NCBI GenBank assembly: GCA_028688055.1
Contig: JAQTYZ010000005.1
Location: 8,634-72,633, forward strand
DNA from: Patescibacteria group bacterium
GTDB taxonomy: Bacteria; Patescibacteriota; Patescibacteriia; Buchananbacterales; UBA6539
Length of the DNA stretch: 64,000 bases
Direction: 5' to 3'
Part shown: positions 56,949-64,000 of the stretch, one piece after another
Numbering within the stretch: position 1 is the first letter of the stretch
Layout: every line of letters begins with the position of its first letter
The notes under the pieces: model-generated
What the model was told of the DNA's origin: nothing
Database searches by the model: none
Seen by the model: only the letters and a program-made list of their open reading frames with translations
Made by a program: the position numbers and the translations under genes

Positions 56949-57467
56949 TTAAGCGACCAGAACCAGGTTCGCCTGATTGTGCCACGTCGTCTCCGCGTAT
57001 ACGCCGCTGAAAGTGCCGATCGAGTCGGCCGTATTGGCGACAATGGTGGCCGCTGCGCTCGCTTCCAGATCGGTTCCCGCTCGGACGTACGCATCGTCGA
57101 CGGTGCCGTTGATGTTGGTCGCGTTGACCGTATCGGCCTGATTTGCCTTTATGGTAGTCGCAGTCTCAGCGGCAGCCAGCTTGAAAGGCGCGTCGGCCGA
57201 AGTCATTGCCGTGTTCGTCGGCACGATGCTCGGATTCGCCAGATTCGTCGGAGTCGTCACAGCCATGGCCATCGTCAAGGCCGGGGCCGTCATCGGAGTG
57301 GTGTTCGTCAGATTCGCGGTGTTGGTCGGCACGATCTCGTCGGCCGCATTCGTCGAAGTCGCAGCGTTAATCGTCGTCGCATTCGTCGGCACGAAGTAGC
57401 CAGAGGCCACCGCCAACAAAACCAGAAGCGGAATCGCCAGTAACGCGGTGATGTACGTCGGTTTCAT
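56949..57467 (-). CDS. GC-rich orphan secreted Ala/Thr/Asn-rich protein
   Basis: Signal-like N-terminus, VPTN three times, SD TAAGGAG; 39/60 G+C counted at 57001-57060. Confidence 0.7.
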   Translation of the reverse strand: MKPTYITALLAIPLLVLLAVASGYFVPTNATTINAATSTNAADEIVPTNTANLTNTTPMTAPALTMAMAVTTPTNLANPSIVPTNTAMTSADAPFKLAAAETATTIKANQADTVNATNINGTVDDAYVRAGTDLEASAAATIVANTADSIGTFSGVYAETTWHNQANLVLVA

Positions 57468-57479
57468 GATTGGGGCTCC

Positions 57480-57749
57480 TTAGAGTGTGGCGCAGTGCGA
57501 CATTGCACTGCGATGTTGCGGTGGGTTCGTCGGATATCCGACGTGGAGCTGTATCACCCCCTTTCGTTTGTAAGGTGCATAATCACCTCCTCCCTACGCC
57601 AGTAAGCTTTGACGATCGATCTCGTCGCGGCTACAGGCGGCATGCCGGTAAGACGTTTAGTCGGACACCGACATGATGGGTTTCATCCGGCAGTAAAACC
57701 GCCGTATGATTATTGATACAAAATTATCAGAAAATTCCAAAAATGTCAA
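57480..57749 (-). promoter_or_regulatory. Promoter and multi-stem leader of about 250 nt
   Basis: TTGACA-17-TAATTT; multi-stem junction at 57636-57703; hairpins at 57491-57512, 57528-57543 and 57611-57626; two anti-SD-complementary blocks. Confidence 0.5.
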
Positions 57750-57831
57750 GCATTGAACTGATTTTTTGACTTAATGTAAGTAGATTATTTTAATAATTTG
57801 TGGCTAATAATTTTTAAAAAAAAGCAAAGTT

Positions 57832-57860
57832 TAAGACCCTCGGCGTGCAGCTGAGGGTCT
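57832..57860 (-). terminator. Hairpin terminator downstream of 57898-58518
   Basis: AAGACCCTCGGC-gtgca-GCTGAGGGTCTT; T-rich tail on the minus strand. Confidence 0.7.
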
Positions 57861-57897
57861 TACTAAGGGTTTGGAACGTGGGATCGTGGTGAGCCCA

Positions 57898-58518
57898 CTA
57901 TTCACTTTCTTTCGGTGGCAGTAACGAACTTACCACCTGGGTATAGTGTCGCACAATGGATCGCACGGCATACCCCGTCTTGGGTTCGTCCAGGGGCGCC
58001 CCCATATCCTTGGCAATGAGCCTGATCAGCCCGTCATGGGATTTGTTGTTCTCGATCCCGACGAGTTTTTGGAGGAGTTGACGAAGAGTTGTCGTCTTGT
58101 CGATTTCTTCGTTAGAGTCTAGCTCGATTCGAAGATTCTCGAGCCACCATTCACTTTGACGCGGGTCGCGGACCAGTTTGTCCAATGGTAGGCCGAGCAT
58201 GACGCCGGGCGCTATCTCGAACAATTCGAGGTGATCACCTTTTACGACGCCCCACATATACGGGGTGTCGAAACAGTTCTCGACCTCGTAGGATTTTTTT
58301 TGTCCGTTTTCATAGACCGAGAACGGGCAAGCCGCATGGGTATAGCTCTTCCGCCAGAACACTGGTTCTAGCTTGCCGGTTTCTGCCGACAAGACATTGT
58401 AGCCAGTTTTGTCCTTGACGAAGTTCATACCGGTTTTGCTTTCCTCGGCCACAGCCAGCGTCATGAAAAACGCCAGTACCAGCAACGCCACGAACGGCAA
58501 CAATGAAACGTGCTTCAT
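57898..58518 (-). CDS. GC-richer orphan secreted protein
   Basis: Signal peptide MKHVSLLPFVALLVLAFFMTLAVA, SD GAGGGG, promoter TTGATA-17-TATAAT. Confidence 0.75.
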   Translation of the reverse strand: MKHVSLLPFVALLVLAFFMTLAVAEESKTGMNFVKDKTGYNVLSAETGKLEPVFWRKSYTHAACPFSVYENGQKKSYEVENCFDTPYMWGVVKGDHLELFEIAPGVMLGLPLDKLVRDPRQSEWWLENLRIELDSNEEIDKTTTLRQLLQKLVGIENNKSHDGLIRLIAKDMGAPLDEPKTGYAVRSIVRHYTQVVSSLLPPKESE

Positions 58519-58652
58519 GAGTCTTCCCCTCATTTATACGGAAACCTGATTGTCCCGTAATTATAGATTATATCATAATAATCGATGACTATCAAGGTTA
58601 TATTGGAAAATACCTAGCAGCGGTAAGACAATTTAGGCTAAAATTAGGGAAA

Positions 58653-58801
58653 TGTGAGATTGCCGCGTTCACTTCGTTCGCTCGCAATGACATGCCAGAG
58701 TTGCCTATTCGTCATTGCGAGGAGTGAAACGACGAAGCAATCCCAATGGTCACTTGTCATTGTGAGATTGCCGCGCTCACTTCGTTCGCTCGCAATGACA
58801 T
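58653..58801. repeat. Cluster of three REP/RPE-like palindromic units
   Basis: 41-nt direct repeat TGTGAGATTGCCGCG(T/C)TCACTTCGTTCGCTCGCAATGACAT at 58653 and 58761, with an inverted variant GTCATTGCGAG...GAAGCAATC at 58711-58742. Confidence 0.85.
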
Positions 58802-58891
58802 ACAATAAGTTATTGACATAAAATAACAAAAATCCCCTGTTTGGGGAATTTAAGCTTATTAAATCCGATTTATTTAGAAAGCGATATTACA

Positions 58892-59686
58892 CTAGCGTGA
58901 ATTGTAAAATCCGTGTTTTATAAAATAATACCACGCACTTTTAAAAAATTGCCGTTGTTTTTTTATCGCCAATTGCTGAGCAAAACTCTGACCGCCATAA
59001 TGAATAATTTCCGCGCCAGCATAATACCAGACTTGCCAGCCAGCGTCATTGGCCCGCTTACACAAATCTACTTCTTCAAACCAAATAAAAAAGTTTTCAT
59101 CAAATAAACCAATTTCATCAAGCGCTTCGCGTCTGATCATAAAAAATGAACCGGCGACTTGGTCAATGGGCTGAGTTATTTTATAATTAAAATCCTTGGC
59201 TAAATAATAGTAAATGGGTGGAAGATTTGGAAAAATTTTGGCTAGCTTGGTAAAGATGAAAAAAATTGGCAAAAAGTCGGGCAGGCGTCTGACTGATGGT
59301 TGAACCGTCCAATCAGGATTTAAATGCTTGCAACCGGCGATGCCAATCTGATAATTTTTTTCCATAAAGTCGATCATTTTATTAAGGGCATCTTTAACAA
59401 TTACGGTGTCAGGGTTTAAGACTAAAATGTAGCGACCTTGGCTTTTTAAAATACCTTGATTATTGGCCGCGGCAAAGCCGAGGTTGTGCGTGTTGGGAAT
59501 TAAATCGATCGCTGGGAATTCGTTTTTGATCATTTCGACTGAGCCGTCGTGTGAGGCGTTATCAACAACGATAACTTCAATATTTAGTTTATTTTCTCTA
59601 ACAAAAATTGACTTCAAGCACTCACGCAGAAGTTTTTTAACATTCCAAGATACGACGACGATGGACAAGTCAATGTTACTGATCAT
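58892..59686 (-). CDS. GT2 glycosyltransferase
   Basis: VVSWN, VDNASHD, NLGFAAANN, LNPD, FIWFEEVDLC. Confidence 0.93.
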   Translation of the reverse strand: MISNIDLSIVVVSWNVKKLLRECLKSIFVRENKLNIEVIVVDNASHDGSVEMIKNEFPAIDLIPNTHNLGFAAANNQGILKSQGRYILVLNPDTVIVKDALNKMIDFMEKNYQIGIAGCKHLNPDWTVQPSVRRLPDFLPIFFIFTKLAKIFPNLPPIYYYLAKDFNYKITQPIDQVAGSFFMIRREALDEIGLFDENFFIWFEEVDLCKRANDAGWQVWYYAGAEIIHYGGQSFAQQLAIKKQRQFFKSAWYYFIKHGFYNSR

Positions 59687-60357
59687 AGTTCCGTTATTTT
59701 TATTTCTCGCCAGTGACCTTCGGGCAGGTCACCTAATTCCAATTTTCCAATTCTAATTCTTTTTAATTTAACGACGGTGTATCCTAATTTTCCCAGTTGT
59801 CGCCTGATTTGTCGATTAACACCTTCTTTCAACACCAGCCGCGCTGATCTATTTTTTATTGAAGACACTTTAACCGGCCGTAGTCGTTTGCCGTCGATAA
59901 TCATCCCCCGTTCTAGCTTTCTGACATCGTCCGGTTTTAAATCTTGGTCTAAGACAACAAAATATTCTTTTTCCGAACCGTTTTTAGGGTGCGAGATGAC
60001 ATTGGCAAGTTCACCGTCATTAGTGAGTATCAGTAGTCCGGAAGAATCCTTATCAAGTCGACCAACCGGGTAAATTCGTTCGTGGGTATTTATTAAGGTT
60101 AGGACTGATTGACCTTGAGTGCTGACAGTCGAGCTAACATAACCAATCGGTTTATTTAGGGCCAGGTAAATTTTTTTGGATTTTAAATTTATTTTTTTCC
60201 CAGCATATTCAACGGTGTCGTTAAGCTCATCAATAACCGTGCCAAGTTTAGTAATAACTTCGCCATTAACTTTTATTTTACCGTCGACAATTAACTGCTC
60301 GGCTTTGCGTCGCGAAGTTATGCCTGAATCAGCGATATATTTTTGCAAGCGCATCAT
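59683..60357 (-). CDS. rRNA pseudouridine synthase, RsuA/RluB family
   Basis: S4 domain RLQKYIA..SRRKAE, GRLDKDSSGL, EGVNRQIRR, LKRIRIG. Confidence 0.95.
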   Translation of the reverse strand: MMRLQKYIADSGITSRRKAEQLIVDGKIKVNGEVITKLGTVIDELNDTVEYAGKKINLKSKKIYLALNKPIGYVSSTVSTQGQSVLTLINTHERIYPVGRLDKDSSGLLILTNDGELANVISHPKNGSEKEYFVVLDQDLKPDDVRKLERGMIIDGKRLRPVKVSSIKNRSARLVLKEGVNRQIRRQLGKLGYTVVKLKRIRIGKLELGDLPEGHWREIKITEL

Positions 60358-60391
60358 ATTATTTTATTCCAGTTTAAGTAGTTTTTTAGTC

Positions 60392-61069
60392 TTATAAGCC
60401 ATGTTTTTCTTTGATTATTTTTTCGGCCGTCTGATATTTTTTAACAGCAGGCAAAAATGGCAGATGGTAGAGAAACTTCGGTAACCATTGGCTCATTGTG
60501 CCGCCGCTGGCGATGGTAAAAAGCTCTTGATTGATAAAAACTCCGCTTTGGCCACGAGCCAACATCGTCAGCCATAAATCCCAGTCTTGAAATTTGTGTA
60601 GTTTTTTATCAAAGCCGGGAAAATCAGCGCGCCGAATTAGTGAAGTCGTGTGAATATATGGCATTTTTTTAAGCTTTTCGGGATCAAACGGCCAAAGGGC
60701 AAATGATTTTAGGCCAAATTTAAAGGATGAATAGGCATATGATGCTTTGGGGTGGTCAGTTAATGTTTGTAGCATCGTTGCCAACATTTTTGGTTTCATG
60801 GTGACATCGGCATCACAGAAAATAATAAATGGCGCTTTGGCGATTTTAGCGCCTTCATTCCTGGCTTTGGCTGCGCCGCCATTAGTTTGGTTGATGATAG
60901 TAATTTTATCCTGATATTTTTTCACTATTTCTAAACTATTATCGGTCGAACCATCATTAACGATGATAATTTCAATTTTTTTAAAAGTTTGCAAATAGAT
61001 ACTTGCCAAACATTTTTCAATCGTCTTGGCCGCATTATAAATCGGTATAACAACACTGATCTCAATCAT
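60392..61069 (-). CDS. GT2 glycosyltransferase
   Basis: VIPIYN, VNDGSTD, ARN, DAD, QDWDLW. Confidence 0.92.
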   Translation of the reverse strand: MIEISVVIPIYNAAKTIEKCLASIYLQTFKKIEIIIVNDGSTDNSLEIVKKYQDKITIINQTNGGAAKARNEGAKIAKAPFIIFCDADVTMKPKMLATMLQTLTDHPKASYAYSSFKFGLKSFALWPFDPEKLKKMPYIHTTSLIRRADFPGFDKKLHKFQDWDLWLTMLARGQSGVFINQELFTIASGGTMSQWLPKFLYHLPFLPAVKKYQTAEKIIKEKHGL

Positions 61070-62256
61070 AAATTACCAATAAAGTTTTTTATTTTAGCGG
61101 TCTGAATTTGCCAATCAAATTCGTTGCTGGCTCTTTCGAGCCCCTGAAGTCCAAGTCTTTCGGCATAGGCGGTATCACTGAGTAATTTAATTGAGGCATT
61201 GGCGATTTCGTCAAGATTGGTTGGGTTTACGAGCAGCCCAGTTTTGCCATCAATGATGGCTTCAATGACCCCACCGTTTTTACCGCCGATAACCGGTTTA
61301 CCAAACATATTGGCCTCTAAAAAAACAATCCCAAAACCTTCAACATCACCATTAGATAATTGACGGTTGGGCATAATAAATAAATCACACATTTGATACA
61401 GCTCAGCAATTGCTTCCGAAGCCAGCGCTCCTAAAAATTTAACCTTAGTATTTAAGCCAAGCTTATCAACCAGGCTCTTGAGCTCATTTTTTTGCGGTCC
61501 ATCACCGGCAATTAAATAAATCACATTGGGAATTTGAGCGATTATTTTCGGCAGCGCTTTAATTACCATATCGTGGCCCTTCCGTTCTACTAGTCTGCCA
61601 ACGGTCAGTAATATTTTTTTACCGGTTAAATCGTTCTGATTGATCAGGGTGGAAATATCATTGGTTTTGGCTAAGTGCGGAAGTATAGCTGGGCAAGGAT
61701 AAGCAACGATAATTTTTTTCGGATCAGCTCCTAAAGCTACTAATTCATCAAAAGTGTAATGACTATTAGCAATAATACCATCGGCTTGGGCAATAACTTT
61801 TTTCAATATTTTTTTCTTGCGCATAAATTGTTGCGGTAACATAATATCTAGACCGTGGGCGAAAAAAATATAAGGAACTTTATAAATTTTTTTGTATAGT
61901 AATGCCAGGGTTCCGAGCGGCAAAATTTGTCCGGAGGCAATTAGCTCAATATTATGGTCAGCCACTAGCTTTTTTACATTACTGATAAGTGACAGCCATT
62001 TGACTGAGGCCGCTAGTTTAATGACACCGGCGATTGTTGTCGGCCAAGGACCGGACGGAATATTTATTAAATTTTTGCGGATAATTGGAAATTCTTGTTC
62101 ATCGTCAAAGGTGGCTGAGTTGATTTGGGTTTGTGACAAAACAACAATTTTATCGGGGGGCAGATTCTTGGCGAAATTATAATAATAAACCTGCTCACCA
62201 CCAACAGCCGGTGGAAAGTTTAGCGTTATTAGCAAAGTTTTTTTGAATTCGTTCAT
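61066..62256 (-). CDS. GT4 glycosyltransferase (PimB-like)
   Basis: FPP.VGG, HGLD, VGRLVERKG, EGFGIVFLEA. Confidence 0.93.
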   Translation of the reverse strand: MNEFKKTLLITLNFPPAVGGEQVYYYNFAKNLPPDKIVVLSQTQINSATFDDEQEFPIIRKNLINIPSGPWPTTIAGVIKLAASVKWLSLISNVKKLVADHNIELIASGQILPLGTLALLYKKIYKVPYIFFAHGLDIMLPQQFMRKKKILKKVIAQADGIIANSHYTFDELVALGADPKKIIVAYPCPAILPHLAKTNDISTLINQNDLTGKKILLTVGRLVERKGHDMVIKALPKIIAQIPNVIYLIAGDGPQKNELKSLVDKLGLNTKVKFLGALASEAIAELYQMCDLFIMPNRQLSNGDVEGFGIVFLEANMFGKPVIGGKNGGVIEAIIDGKTGLLVNPTNLDEIANASIKLLSDTAYAERLGLQGLERASNEFDWQIQTAKIKNFIGNL

Positions 62257-63686
62257 TAGAATTGATTTTTGGCGATTGTTTTTATTTCAGACCAAGTTAT
62301 CCCCTTAAAAATATATAAAGCGATAAAGTACGCCAGGGCGCCAAAGGCGGAAACGATAAGCAAATTGAAGATTGGTTTTATTAATATGACGACGACCACC
62401 ATTATTGCTACCGCCGTGGTTGATTTTATTAAAGTTTGAATGATAAATCGATAGTCGAGCGGAACAACTTTTTTTACCCAGTAGAAATCGAGGAATAGTA
62501 AGATGAAATTAGTGGCAAAAAAAGTTAAACCGGCACCAAAATAACCAAATTCCGGTATTAAAATTAAATTAAAGATTACGGCTAGGGCCGTAATGATGCC
62601 CCGGTTGATGGTATTATTTTTTTGGTGATCACAGGCATTTAAGAGATAGCCGGTTGGGAAGGCTAAGAAAATAAAGGGAATGGCTAAAGCCATTACCATA
62701 AAGGTAGGCAAAATTGGCAAGTAGGTTGGCCAAATTTTAGTAATTATTTGCGGTGCTAGCGTCACGAGGCCGGCGGTAATCGGCAAACTAATTAACGTCA
62801 GATATTTAAAAGCTTTGTCAAAAGTCATTTTAAGCAGATCTTTTGAGTGCGTATAATAGTAACTGAAGGCGGGAAAAATGACGGCGGCAAACGCGGCGGG
62901 AATTACTTGCTGAAAGGCGTAAACGACTTTGGCGGGGACAGCATAAAAGCCGACGGCCTTGTCATTTGCCAGATAGCCTAACATGACGGAATCGGAAGTG
63001 TTATAAATTTTTATAAAGATTCCGGCAATGGCAAACGACGGGATCAGCTTTAAAAAATATCGTGAAATTTCACGGTTAAATTTGGGCCGAAGCGAAAATT
63101 TAAGCCTAAATTTGATTAAACTAGCCGAAAACAGAAAATTGAAAATACTGGCAACCAAGAGGGCCAAGATTAGATCAGTTGTTTGGCCGGTGTATTTAAC
63201 CGCTAAGCTGCCTAAGACAAAAATAATCAGTTGGACTATAATAGTCGCGATGCTTTCGTACTTTAAATTTTGTTGTGAGCGGAATATCACCCAAAAGGTT
63301 AGGGAAAATGAGTCAAGCAACATGATAAAACTAGACAAATAGACTAATTCGGCAATGGCGGTTGGCTTGCCACTTAGTGTTATGGCCGACCAAACTAAAA
63401 CCATAGTAATTGCTGCTAACGGAATTTTTAATCCTAAGACTCCTTGCAAATAGTGATTGGCCTGGTCATTGTTTTTTGAGGCTTCACGAGTCAAAACTGG
63501 CGATAACCCGAGGTCAATTAAAATTGAAAATAAGGTAGTAAATGAAAGAGCAAAAATGTATTGCCCAAGCTGATCTGGTAGCAGATTATTTGAAATGTAC
63601 CAGAAATAAATAAAAGCCAGTATTTTTTGAAAGGTCAGAGCGGCGGTAAAATAAGTTGTATTCTTGGCGAGATTGGCCTTGATCAT
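62256..63686 (-). CDS. Wzx-type polysaccharide flippase
   Basis: Many TMs, LAKNT, DLGL...TRE, D.VMLG...VGFY, LIP.FG..GA. Confidence 0.9.
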   Translation of the reverse strand: MIKANLAKNTTYFTAALTFQKILAFIYFWYISNNLLPDQLGQYIFALSFTTLFSILIDLGLSPVLTREASKNNDQANHYLQGVLGLKIPLAAITMVLVWSAITLSGKPTAIAELVYLSSFIMLLDSFSLTFWVIFRSQQNLKYESIATIIVQLIIFVLGSLAVKYTGQTTDLILALLVASIFNFLFSASLIKFRLKFSLRPKFNREISRYFLKLIPSFAIAGIFIKIYNTSDSVMLGYLANDKAVGFYAVPAKVVYAFQQVIPAAFAAVIFPAFSYYYTHSKDLLKMTFDKAFKYLTLISLPITAGLVTLAPQIITKIWPTYLPILPTFMVMALAIPFIFLAFPTGYLLNACDHQKNNTINRGIITALAVIFNLILIPEFGYFGAGLTFFATNFILLFLDFYWVKKVVPLDYRFIIQTLIKSTTAVAIMVVVVILIKPIFNLLIVSAFGALAYFIALYIFKGITWSEIKTIAKNQF

Positions 63687-63713
63687 AAGTTAATTATACT
63701 AAAAAATTGGTAT

Positions 63714-63950
63714 AAAAAAAAGCCTACATTTAGGCAAAAGGAAAGATTGAGAGTTTTTGTTGGGGGGAGAAGTTTGGGGGGAGTGTTGGGTTGAGGTTGT
63801 TTGGTTGGTTTGTTGTTTTTTTGTTTGAGTGAGATGGTGTTTGGGGGATGAGTTCTGATCCCCTTTGCAGAGGGTCAAAACTCATCCCCTTTCCCAATCC
63901 ATCCACCAACCTGATAACCTTTTAAACTTCTTTCCTACTCTCAATCTTGA
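63714..63950 (-). ncRNA. Candidate long-hairpin small RNA (about 235 nt)
   Basis: Minus promoter TTGACA-16-TGc-TACACT (63982-63955), terminator GCCTA-aatg-TAGGC plus T-run (63735-63714), 12-bp closing stem and 11-bp inner stem. Confidence 0.55.
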
Positions 63951-64000
63951 CTATAGTGTAGCATACCCTAAAACGGTGTCAAGAGAAGTCTGGGTAGCTT

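Noticed and set aside
56898-57443. 181-aa Arg-rich plus-strand ORF
   Set aside because: It is the antisense shadow of the GC-rich minus-strand gene, which has the SD, signal peptide, promoter and terminator.
58644-58829. 61-aa ORF with a VIASERSERGNL repeat; also considered as a CRISPR array
   Set aside because: It is the translation of palindromic repeats. The units alternate in orientation, there are no regular spacers and no cas genes.
396-63342. Numerous 60-170 aa ORFs overlapping the annotated genes on the opposite strand or in another frame
   Set aside because: They are nested within well-supported CDSs and have no motifs or expression signals; treated as shadow ORFs.
63743-63948. DGR template/variable repeat pair, suggested by A-to-G differences between the arms
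   Set aside because: The repeat is inverted and non-coding, the changes are only transitions and include C-to-T, and no reverse transcriptase lies in the window.

Overview
A 64-kb chromosomal window from a small-genome bacterium, most likely Patescibacteria/CPR (Parcubacteria/ABY1-like). This is inferred from the gene content: Gmad2/GerMN proteins, CPR-type surface-repeat proteins, tandem gpmI, two mreB copies, and frr-rseP-proS without uppS/cdsA/dxr. TGA is used as stop, so code 11 applies. The backbone is housekeeping: MacB-type ABC transporter, rpsB-tsf, gap/pgk/eno/gpmI, glycosyltransferases, holB, frr, rseP, proS, mreBCD-mrdA, greA, lysS, serS, alr-ddl-ftsQ, sdpRI, gltX, def-fmt and a polysaccharide locus. 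No rRNA, tRNA, CRISPR, transposase or integrase was found. The most notable signals are missing from the ORF track. (1) A doubly regulated histidine mini-operon: operator, TrpR/YerC-type repressor, a translationally coupled His-His leader peptide with full attenuator geometry, then only hisI-hisG. (2) A 39-aa, 10-Cys metallothionein-like ORF behind gap. (3) Two rod-shaped ncRNA candidates of about 185-235 nt, each with a promoter and a terminator or terminator-like hairpin. (4) A GC-rich, heavily structured 1-kb unit. (5) Two dif-like 11-6-11 sites after ftsQ. (6) A split between SD-less or leaderless core genes and SD-bearing orphan single-gene islets.
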